Source: Sphyrna mokarran
Lineage: Eukaryota
DNA: 64,000 bases
Assembly (NCBI GenBank): GCA_024679065.1
Contig: JAGIQG010000026.1
Span: forward strand, 21,700,001-21,764,000
Direction: 5' to 3'
The position numbers and the translations under genes were made by a program. Positions 36,601 through 48,600 of this stretch are shown here, piece after piece. Within the stretch, counting starts at the first letter, position 1, and each line of letters starts with the position of its first letter. Below the pieces are notes generated by a model. That model had not been told where the DNA came from, ran no database searches, and worked only from the letters and a program-made list of their open reading frames with translations.

Positions 36601-39600
36601 ATTTATATTGCTGAGATAAACGTAACTAATTTGATATTTTCAAATATCTAAGTTATAAACTGCTTTATTAATGGTTCAACTTTTCAATGCCCTCTAAAGC
36701 TGTTAAATTCTTTTTCAGCGTTTAGCTGTTCTTGAAAAGGAGAAAATTGAATTAAGTGATGAAAAAGAAGCTTTTAACAAATATATTCAGGAGCAGTCAA
36801 AGAATATTGAAGGTATTTTTAAAGTTTTTCTAAATGATTGGTATTCCTTTCTGATGTGCTTTACTGGCAGATTCCATTTTAAGTACTATTTTGTGTAAAG
36901 TAACATTTGTATTAAGATCCCCACTCTTAACACAAATTGTGTGTGGCATTAAGTGGATGACAGTATTGACAATGGCACCAAAAATATGAATTGTTTCTTG
37001 GTTAGAATTGCGCATCATCAAGTCAGAAAAGAATATTAAGTTGATCATGCATCTTCCTTCCGTAGATTACATGCCTTTTAACTAAGGCACACTCATCTAA
37101 ACAATCTTGAATTATCTCCTGTTTCTAATGAGCTTTAGCTAGCTTCTCTGCAGTGATGGTGAGTCCTTCTTCTGACACCTGGATGCTGCCTTCAATTTCT
37201 TTTCAATGTACACTGGGAGGGATCTTTTCAAGGAATGAGGCGGGAAACTTGTTTTGTTTTTCCTGACTGTACCTACCCCAGAGAGTCATTATCTTTGCCT
37301 TTTGATAGTGCCGCTCTCTTGATCTTTAATCCAAACTTTGTCTTGTGTTTGTAACTATGACAGGTATTCTGGTGAGGAATCTTTTTTGTTGGAAGCAGAA
37401 ACCTGCTTCTACCTGCAAGACTGCTCTGTCTTGGATGCCCTGGTGATCTATGGCTACCATTCATGGCTTTAGTCTATTTGACAGGTTTGGTAGTTGTCTC
37501 CCATATTAACCCTTTGCGCCAAGCCCTCCGATGACAGCTGTAATGCAGCTACTGTGGGAAACATATTTTTAGTAAGACAATTCAAAAATTTTAGTGTAGG
37601 AAACAGTTCATCACTTTGGCTGTCTTGTCACTTGGAAATGAGAAAATTGGATTTGATGTGGGTTTAATTGTGCCCCTTTAGAGACTGATAAGACCAATTT
37701 AGAAACTAACTTGATTTGGTGAGCAAATATTAATATAAATTCAGTCTGCTAAACAGTTTGTGAATCTCTCATAGTATTCTAGTAGGTAAAAAGGCTTTGG
37801 GACTGTGCAGTGTTGTCTTGAAGTTAACCAAGTTTGAATACTGGTTTGTAATTGTCTCAACCATTGAGGCTGCTATTGCTTTTCTCCATGTTTTCTGAAC
37901 TGATTGTGGACCATCAACTTGAGCTCTTACTTTTGTTTCACTGTCCTGTAACCTCTGCTGGAAAATGCATATGTACAAAATGTTTCTGCCTTGTGTACAG
38001 CAGCTAGAAATGACCACTAAGTTCACCACTTATGCCAAGTATCAGAGCTTTTTTCCACCACTTTTTTTAAAAAAAAAGACAATCCCAGTATTAACTGGGA
38101 GAAGGGGGAAAAATGGAATTTCAAATTTGATGTTTTAAATTTATTTATGGAATGTACGTGTCACTGGCTAGTCCACTGTTTATTGCCCATGCCCAGTTGC
38201 CCTTGAAGTTGGTGGTGAGCTACTTTCTTAAGCTACTGAAGTCCCTGAGGTGTAGATATGTCCAAAATGCAGTTAGGAAAGGAATTCCAGGATTTTTAAC
38301 CAGTGACAGTGAAGGAATGGCAATATACACTATAGTTAAGCCCACAAACCCTTCTTTCTCAGACTAAGGAAGTTTGACCTGTCTGTTGAGACTCTCCTCA
38401 ACCTTTTACAGATGCATAATAAAAAGCATTCTTTCTGGTTGTATCACATGGTTGGCATGGTTCCTGCTCTGTCCAAGACTGTAAAAACCTTCAAAGGGTT
38501 GTAAACAAAGCCCTGTCCATCACTCAAACCAACCAACACTGTCTATACTTCCTGCTGCCTTGGAACAGCAGCCAGCATAATTAGGACCCCATGCAACCCG
38601 GACATTCTCTCTTGCACCACCTTCCGCCTGATAAAGGTACAAATGTCTGAGGACATGTACCAACTGACTCCAGAACCATTTCTTCCCTGCTGCCATCAGG
38701 CTTTTGAATGGACTTAACTTGCATTTAAATTAGTCTTTCTCTACACCTTTAGCTATGACTAACATAGAACATTACAGCGCAGTACAGGCCCTTCGGCCCT
38801 CAATGTTGCGCCGGCCAGTGGACCCTCTAACCTAAACTATTCCAATATCATCCATATGCCTATCCACCGAACATTTGAATGCCCCCAAAGTCGGCGAGTC
38901 CACAACTGCTGCAGGCGGGGCATTCCACGCCCTCACCACCCTCTGAAGAAACTGCCTCTGACATCCGTCCTATAACTACCACCTCTTAATTTAAAGTTAT
39001 GTCCCCTTGCATTGGTCATCACCATCCGAGGAAAAAGGCTCTCACTATCCACCCTATCCAATCCCTTGATCATCATATACGCCTCAATTAGGTCACCGCA
39101 TAACCTTCTTCTTCTCTCTAATGAAAATAACCTCAGGTCCCTCAGCCTTTCCTCATAAGGCCTTCCCACCATACCAGGCAACATCCTGGTAAACCTCCTC
39201 TGCACCCTTTCCAATGCTTCCACATCTTTCTTATAATGCGGCGACCAGAACTATACGCAATACTCCAAGTGCGGCTGCACCAGAGTTTTGTACAGTTGTA
39301 ACATAACCTCACGGCTCCTAAATTCAATCCCTCTACCAATAAAAGCTAACACACCGTACGCCTTCTTAACAACTTTTATCAACCTGGGTGCCAACTTTCA
39401 AAGAGCTGTGTACTTGTACCCCAAGATCCCTCTGCTCGACAACACTATTAAGGGTCCTTCCATTAGCCCTATATTTCTTATGCCTGTTATTCCTACCAAA
39501 GTGAATCACCTCACACTTATCCGTATTGAATTCCATTTGCCACCTCACGGCCTAGCTCTGCAACCTAAGTCCCTCTGCAAACTGTAACATCCATCCTCAC

Positions 39601-42600
39601 TGTCTAGAACTCCCCCCCCACTTTGGTATTGTCAGCAAATTTACTAATCCAACCCTCTACACCCTCATCTAGGTCATTTATAAAAATGACAAACAGCAGT
39701 GGCCCTAAAACAGATCCTTGAGGTACACCACTTGTAACTGCACTCCAGGTTGAATATTTCCCATCAATCACTACCCTCTGTCTTCTATTAGCTAGCTAAT
39801 TCCTAATCCAAACTGCTAAATCACCTTCAATCCCATGCATCTGCAGTAGCCGACCATGGGGAACCTTATCAAACACTTTGCTAAAATCATATACATTACA
39901 TCAACTGCCTTACCCTTATCTACCTCTTTGGTCACCTCCTCAAAAAACTCAAGGTTTGTGAGGCACGACCTACCCTTCACAAAACCATGCTGACTATCCC
40001 TAATCAATTTATTTCTCTCTAGATGCTTATAAATCCTATCCCTTAATTCTTTCCAAGACCTTGCCCACAACAGAAGTCAGGCTCACCGGTCTATAATTTC
40101 CAGGATGGTCCCTACTCCCCTTTTTGAACAAAGGGACAACATTTGCCATCCTCCAGTCTTCCGGCACTATACCTGTAGCTAATGATGACATGAAGATCAA
40201 AGCCAAAGGCTCTGTAATCTCCTCTCGAGCCTCCCAGAGAATCCTGGGGTAAATCCCATCTGGCCCAGGGGACTTATCAATTTTCATACCCTCAAGATTC
40301 GCTAACACCTCAATCCTGCCCAGTCTACAACCTAGTATCGCAGTATTCTCCCCAACAACATTCTTTCTCCTGCGTGAATACTGACGAAAAATACTCAGTG
40401 TCTCTCCTATCTCCTCAGGCTCCACGCACAACTTCCCACTGCTATCTCTGACTGGCCTAATCTTGCCCTAACCAATCTTTTATTATTTATATACCTGTAA
40501 AAAGCTTTAGGATTCTCCTTAATCCTATCTGCCAAAGTCGTCTTGTGTCCTCTTCTAGCTCTTCTCAACTCCCTCTTTAGCTCCTTCCTGGCTGATTTTT
40601 TAGCTCTCCATTGCCCTAACTGAGCCTTCACGTCTCATCATTATATAAGCCTCCTTCTTCCTCTTCACCAGAGATTCAACTTCCCTAGTACACCATGGTT
40701 CCCTCACTCGATCACTTCCTCCCTGCCTGGCAGGTACATATTCATTAAGGACATGCAGAAGCTTTTCCTTAAATATGCTCCACATTTCAGATGTCCCCAG
40801 CCCCTGCAATTTCCTGCTCCACCCTATGCATCCTAAATCTCTCCTAATAGCCTCATAATTACCTTTCCCCCAGCTATAACTACTATTATTCGGTACGTGC
40901 CCATCCCTTTCCATCACTAAGGTAAATGTAACCGAATTGTGGTCACTATCACCAAAGTGCTCACCCACCTCCAAGTCTAACACCTGGTCTGGTTCATTAC
41001 CCAATACCAAATCCAATATAGCCTCACCTCTTATTGGCTATCTACATACTGAGTCATGAAACCTTCCTGCACACATTGAACAAAAACTGACCCCTCTAAT
41101 GTACTTGAACTATAGCTTTTCCAATCGATATTAGAATAAACAGTCTGCACTCTTTCCTTTCCTTCTTTATTAAGGTATGCTTTGTCTTTATGGCATGCAA
41201 GAAACAATACTTTTCATTGTATGTTAATACATGTAACAATAAATTTAATCAAATATATTTCCAAGTCAATGGTGTGTCTTGGATGAGAACGTCCAGGTGA
41301 TGGTGTTTCCTGGTATCTGCTTCTTTCTGTCTTTCAAGATGGTCGTGGTTATGGTTTGGAAGGTGCTGCCTAAGGCGCTCTGATGGAATCTGTAGTGTCA
41401 GGAGCAGATTAGTGCTAAGGAAGAGCCACTTGATGGCACTGTTGATGACCCCTTCCACCACTTTTTTGATGGGACAGTAATTGGTTGGGTTGGATTTGTT
41501 CTGCTTCTTGTGAACAGGGAGTACCTGTGGCAACCTTCTACGTTTGTGGGTAAATGCCAGAGCGGTTGCTGTACTAGAACAGCTTGGCTAGGGGTGCAGC
41601 AAGTTCTGGAGCGCAAGTCTGTTGTGGGAACGTTGTTGGGGCCTATCACTTTTGCCCTATCGAGTGCCTTCATCTGTTTCTTCGTATCACATGGAGTAAA
41701 TCGAATTGGCTGAAGACTGACCTCTGATCTGTGAACCTCCTGGAGGAGGCCAAGATGGATCATCTACTTGGCACTTTTGGCTAAAGATTATGTGGGATAT
41801 TGGAGTAGGACCTGGATGGAATTGTGGTTGGTGCAAATTTGATGGGCCGAATGGACTTTTGCACTGTAGGAATTTAATGATTGCGAATGCTTCAGTGTTG
41901 TCTTGTACTGATGATCTGGGCTACTCCATCGTTGAGGATGGGCATATTTGTGGGCCCTCCTATTGTCCACTTTCATGGTTGGATGTGGTAGGACTGCAGA
42001 GTTTGGATGTAATTTGTTGGTTGTCAACATTCAATACTGCAAGCCTGTGTACTTGAAAGCTATGTTGTCAGGTGATCATTTTCATAACAGCGATTTTAAA
42101 AGAAAATAGAAGTGTTGTATTTTGAGACCCTACTTCATCTTGCACCTTCAACCATCTTCCCCCACCCTTCTTCCGTACAATTGATGGTAAGGTTTTATCT
42201 ATTTCTTGTGTATTCAAGATCAAATTGCCCTGAAGGTGGCATTGAAGAGTCATCAGTTACATGCGGAATTTCAGGAAGAACGATTCCATTATCAGAAGCT
42301 TGTGAAAGAATTCTCCTGCCTAGAACAAAGACATGAAAATCTGAAAGATGAGATGACATATATTAAGGTAATTTTTACTTCATTTGTAAGTATTTGGAAT
42401 TAGTGTGCCATAACACATTTGACTGAGCACTCCAGGTATCAAAATCAAGTCCATTTAAGAATGAGACTTCTTTGTTAACAAACTTAACTTTTTATAGATT
42501 GTCGCATAAATATTTTGATATGCCCATGGAAGTGGTGTATTAGAGAAATACACAAAATTGCTTTTGGATGCATGTGTTGTCTATCTATTCAATATTTTAT

Positions 42601-45600
42601 TACCCAATAAACATTCATCAGTAATGGGCAAATAAAGGCCAGATTACATAGTGCGGCACTTGAACCTACTAATGTTGTATTTCTTTGCTGCAAATAATGC
42701 AAAATAAAAAGCGTAACTAATTTTTTAGGGATGAGAGGCCACTAGGAGGCAGCATGACCTCCTTTGGCTTTTACACCAGCATAATATCAACCTGCAGCCT
42801 GGAATGAGTCTGCTGGATTTCCTATGTTTCTATAATGGATGATCTCGACAGTGATTAAGGTTTTTTTTTCTTCCCTTCTGAAAGCAATAATTTGTCATAC
42901 GGACTTGCAAGCAAGGAGCAGGGGTAGCCTGTTCAGCCTCCTGAGCCTGCTTTGTCATTCAATAAGATTGCTGATCTGGTAGTAAATTCAAATCTGTACC
43001 TCACCTACCCCTTTTATAACCTATGGATAGCATTTGATAGCCGAGGACAAGAGTTTTAATGTGAGGAGCATCCAGCAATGCCATGTTCCTAAACGTTATT
43101 TTAGTCACTTGCAAGAATCTAGGCCAACCTTTTCCAAGCTCCCCTCATCTCGGGGCTAGCTTGAGTGTTCTCATTCTCAGTGGGATTGAGAAAAAACACT
43201 TTTACTCAAATGTTTTGTATCCTGTATTCTTAAAATATTTAATCTTTTTGAATTCACAAAACAAATTTGAATGAAAGATATATCAGTCATATTTTCCACA
43301 CAATAGGCTTTAATTGTTAGAAACTATTCACCATGTATTGAAGCAGTGACTAAACTTCAGAAGTTTTTAATTAGCTATTAGGTGACTTGAAATATGAGTA
43401 TTGTATAAATGCAAGTCATCTTGAAAATGACTTTTAAAGAAAACTACCTCAAAATTTAATACAATCAAGTTCAAGTTGTTCATCTCTAGGTCGTGTTTTT
43501 AAATCTGCTCAACTGCAGCAGCCTAATCTGGTTGCTAGTAGTTGAAGCACAGATGACGTTATGCAAGAGCTAGACATGAGAAAAATGCACCCTCCTTTGT
43601 AGCTTTTGTAAATGAACTATTACAACACATGAAGTCACTTTAGCCTAATTGGTTACATGGGTCAGATCAGCTACTCATTTCCTACTTGCCCAATTTCAGA
43701 TCAGATAAGTAAGAGTTTCTTTTAACCTTGTATTGACACCAAATCCATTGTATTTGGCTGTCACTAAATACACCCCCACCAACTATTTCCCTACTTAGGG
43801 TTTGGCATGACACGGCAAACACCAATGACCTGTTTGACCTGAACTAAATTTCAGTATCCACATTCAGTTTTATGATTCCACTCTGCATTCTTGCCTGCTT
43901 TATTTTATTTCACTCCTATTGAAATCCTTTGAAGTCTTGTTTGTATTTAGAAAGAGGTTTGTTCACCAGCTGTAAATTCTAACGGCCTGAATATCCTTGT
44001 TAGTTTTTCTTGCTGTTCCTTTGTTTGCTGTCATTCTGTTGTTCCTTCTTTCTCCTTTTACAGAAGATTCAGTTGATGCTTTGTTACTATCCCAATTTTG
44101 CAAACATTTTTGCTTATAATTTAAAAGCCTGTTTTTAGAAATATTCTTGGTTCACCTCCAATATTTTGTTGTCCTGCTGTCTTCTCTGGACATGTAATAT
44201 CCCAGTGACCATAGCAAAGATAAACGATCTCTCATCTTTCTCAACTTGACTTCAGCCTTTGACATAGACCATGCTTTTCTCCTCCAATGCCTTTCTGGCA
44301 CCCTGCTGAGAGGAATTGTATTTTCTATTTAATCATAGATTATGTACATTCTCTCTACCTGCTCCTGGAGTTTTACCTAGTATCCCTCGAGAATCTATGT
44401 TTGGACCCCTCCTATCTACATGTCCTCTTAACATCCAAAAACTGTTATATTCTATGTGAATGCTCTCAGCATCCAGCTTCACCACCCTTCTCTAACCTTC
44501 CACTGCCTCCCAATATTAGATGAACAGGAATTTGTTTCAGTTAAATATTAGAAATATAGAATCCCTACAGTGCAGAAGAAGGCCATTTGACCTATCAAGC
44601 CTGCAGCAAACAATCCCACTCAGTCCCTACCCCCATAACTCAACATATTTACCTTGCTTGCCCTCTTAACGCTAAGGGATAATTTAGCATGGTCAAGCAA
44701 CTAATCTGTACATCTTTGGAATGTAGGCAAAAAGCCATACAAACACATGTGACCCAAAACCAGAATCGAATCTGGGTCTCTGATTAGCAGTGTTAACTGC
44801 TGTCACCAAAGACCAATGTCATTGTCATTGATCCCTGCCCACCAAATTTAGAATCATAGAATCCCTACAGTACAGGAGGAGGCCATTTGGCCCATCGAGT
44901 CTGTACCACCCACAATCCCACCCAGACCCGATTTCTGTAATCCTGCACACTTGCCCTGCTAATCTCCCTGACACTAGGGTCAATTTAGCATGGCCAATTA
45001 ACCAAACTTGCACATCTGTGGGAGGAAACGCACACAGACACGGAGAAAGTGCAAACTCCACACACGGTGGTGCAAGGCTGGAATTGAACCTAGTCCTTGG
45101 CACTGAGGCAGCAGTGCTAACCAGTGTGCCATCGTGCTTCCTCTCTGGCAATAGTCCGAGTCCCAAACAGACACTTTAAATATAATGTCATGATTGCAAG
45201 ATCTGCTTTCAGCTATCACTAAGTTCACCTATTTCTGCCTCCATGACTTCACCTGACTCTGCTGCTGTCTTAAATCATTTGACGCTGAAACTGTTTTTAG
45301 TTGCCTCTAATTTGTCTATCCCAATGTTCATCTAGCCGGCCTCCTTTTTGTTGCAAAATTCATCATTTTAAAACTAAATCCTAAGTCTCATTCACCATTT
45401 TCCCTATGTTAATCCCTCACTTTTAAAATTTTAGTTCTTTAGTTTTTTAAATCCTCCAATTCATCACTTCTCCCTATCTCTCAAACCTCCAATGGTTATG
45501 CTGTTATTCTGACCTGACCTTATTAGCATTTTCAATTTTAATTATTCCATCATTGGTCATGCCTTAAGCTATTGAATTTCCATCCTAAATATCCTAATAC

Positions 45601-48600
45601 CTTTCTATCTTTTTAAAATGCAAAGTAAATTTAGCCCTTTAATCAAGAATTTGGTCTCCTGTACCACTTTCTGTGATTCAGTATCAAAATTTCTGTTTTC
45701 ATGAAGTGCCATGTGACATTTTAATATATTAAAGGCACCATTGATAGCTTTCGTTGAAGAACTCAAGTTTTTGACTTTATCTCTTCCAAAATAATTGATT
45801 TTTTTAGACTCCCATTTGAGTTCAAACTTTATATTGGCAACATTGTCTTCAGTCTTTGAAGGTTACAATGAGTGTATACCACTGAAGGTTATTTTCTGTA
45901 ATTTTTTTGATTTGGGCCAGAAATAAATAAATTGATCATGTTATGCTCTCATCTGCTATCATCATTTGTGACTTAACGTGCTTAATTTATTTTAATAGGA
46001 AAATGAAACAAGAGATGCTGATATTTCAGAGACCTGTAGCATTACCAAGGTAATATACATGTTCTACAATTTTAATTTTTCTGAATTGCCCAGGCATAAA
46101 GATGACTGGACTTGAATTCTAAATAAGCCTGATTTGTAAAACTATAGTTTGCTGTGATGCTGAGCTGTTGCCATATCATTCATTACTTAAAAGTTGATGT
46201 CAAAATTTACAGTTTAAATTTACATTAGAGCATATTATTACCCCAAAACAGTAGAGGGTAAAGTGGAAATAATTAAACCTTTTATAATCCATTGTCTTAA
46301 ATCACTTACTTGAGATTCTTGACACCTTTGTTAATTTAAAAACTATTTTAAGCATGGTGAAAACATTGCTTGCTGCAGTATGAAGTAACTAAAACTAAAT
46401 ATTTCAAAATGTTTACTAGTATCACGAGCTTGAACAAGAGAACCAGAAACTAAAGAACGAGCTCCATCAGTTAAGGAAATGCTTAGTTGGTAATTCTGGT
46501 GCAAATGATACCAAAGAACAAAAAGCTGATGGTTACAATCTGATGAATCAACTCAAGGCATCCACTGACGAGATTGACATTCTTAAAGAAGAACAGATTT
46601 GGCTGAAATCTAAGCTCGCTATGGCAGAAAAGGAAATTGATGCAATGAGAAACAAGGCAAGTGGTGTACAAAATAAATACTCGAGCTTCATATTAAATGC
46701 CCTTGGTTCACTCAGCTATACTCAAAATGATTTCTGGAATATTTTTCAAGATTTCTAACAGTTTGCTTTTGACTTGTCCACAGTTTTTGCACATAGTGGA
46801 AAAAGTTGCTGGTGCCAAAAAAGTCATTTAATTCCCTTTTGTAAGCTAACGTTTCATGCCTTTGGTCATTTCCTCTGAAATTATTCCATATTTCCACTCA
46901 AAAAAACCTTGGGTACTGTTCCTTTGGTGCTGCCTCTGTTAGATATTTTAAACTGAACTTTGTGCGAGGAAAACGTATATGGCTTAGATTAAGAGTGCGC
47001 CAAATAAGTGCTGAGTTAAATGCTTTGTTAAACAATTGCATTTGTGTTGAGTACTGTGACACATTAACGTTTCCAGCAAAGTGTAGTTAATATCATCAAA
47101 ATGCCATTGAAAGTTTGGAACCAGGCTAAGACGTTGTGCCAATTTGGGTATTGCATCTAACTTTGTTCAATGGTCTGGTTTTTGGTGCAGCACCTCTTTA
47201 ATATTGTGGTAAAGATTTTTGAACTCTAGTAATGGTTGGAATTGTCAAATAGGAATTCTGTTCAGATGCTTCAAGTTTTGTTCAACTGTTTGCACAGCTT
47301 TGGGAAGAACTAAAATTCTTGAATAAACCTTGTATCACTTGGAAACCCAGAAAATCCCACTGTCTGAGAATTAAAATAAAAAAAAAGCTGCAACTTTTCA
47401 TCTTGAATAAGTTTAAATTGTTAAGAGCTTGGTTCAAGTCAATTTGAGTTAGTGAATAGAAAAGTAGCACTATTCATAAAATTTAGAAAAATTATGAAGG
47501 AAATTGTGGAGCCATGGCATTTCTGACGTAAAATGTTATCCACGTAAGTGATGCCTATACACTTTTGGAGGGGGATCTTCTCTATTGATGGGAAGGTTAT
47601 AATCTGATATGTTTTGTTTTCTAAAAGGCTATTGTGTCTTGTATGTTCATGAGTTGATGAAGTATGTGACCAAAGTACCACAGTAATAAAAAAGATAGTG
47701 TCTTTGGTTTAGGGCTGTCTGTTTTTAATCAGCTGCACCAATTGCATGTTCTGTGATTAATGAGGTATTTTGTTTACAGGCTACTATGGCAGACCTATTT
47801 GGATTACCTAAAGCTGGATATAAAATGTCTGAAGAGGATCTCAGATGTGCTTATGATGCTGTCCGTGTGGCCAATAAGTAAGTGAAAAGGGAACTTGGAG
47901 CAGGAGGAGATTTACAACTAATCAAAGACACCAATTTCATGTCTTTGGCCAACCAATAACCTTTCCCTTATATAGGAATAGTCAAACTTGCCTGTAGTGT
48001 ATGTGCAAAATCTGTTATTTGTAGCCCAGGCAATTCAACTTACTTTGCTTATTCCATGTTGTTTTTTTGTGTATGGATCCATACAGTACAGGATGCCATT
48101 CAGTCCAACATGCTTGTGTCAACTTTCTGAAAGAGTATTTAGTTAGTTCTATTCTCTGCTCTTTTTCTCCACAAAGCTGTCAAGAATGGACTGCCTGCTG
48201 TGATAGTGAAGTCAGACACTTTAGGAACTCTCAAGCGGATATTGGATAGGCACATGGAACACACAATGATAGGAGTGGAATAGCTTGATCGTGGTTTTGG
48301 ACAAAGCTTGGCACAACATTGAGGGCCTGTATTGTGCTGTACTGTTCAATGTTCTAAGTATTGAATTACTTTTTGAAAGATGCAGTTGCATTTGCTTCCA
48401 TTGCCCTTTTACAGGCAATGTATTCCAAATCATCTCCATGCAAATTGGGATCCCCAATTTCCCTTCTGGGTCCTGTCAATTATCTTAAAGTTGTGTCCTC
48501 TGGCTATTCACACTCCTGCCAGCAGCAAGTTAGGTTCTCAAAATCCTTCATTGCTGAACATCTCAATGTATCTTCAACCCTACATGGAAAGTGCTGGTGG

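Larger units (their letters stand above)
38140..41990 (-). mobile_element. Old CR1-like LINE host element (38140-38328 plus 41253-41990), interrupted by Rex1, CR1 and a SINE tail
   Basis: Sequence breaks at ggaatggcaatata and resumes at atatttccaagtc; minus strand [27 protein letters not shown] and [11 protein letters not shown]. Confidence 0.7.

Noticed and set aside
41771-41790. ttttggctaaagat as a second U2 fragment
   Set aside because: Short, gapped match embedded in the old CR1-like element; explained by that repeat.
43490-43573. VVFLNLL after an AG as the missing FLKLQKRV exon
   Set aside because: Similarity is limited to a few residues, the rest is not coiled coil, and a stop follows without a good donor.
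44064-44140. Strong polypyrimidine/CAG acceptor as a hidden exon
   Set aside because: The phase-0 frame is unlike myosin tail sequence and reaches a stop with no convincing donor.
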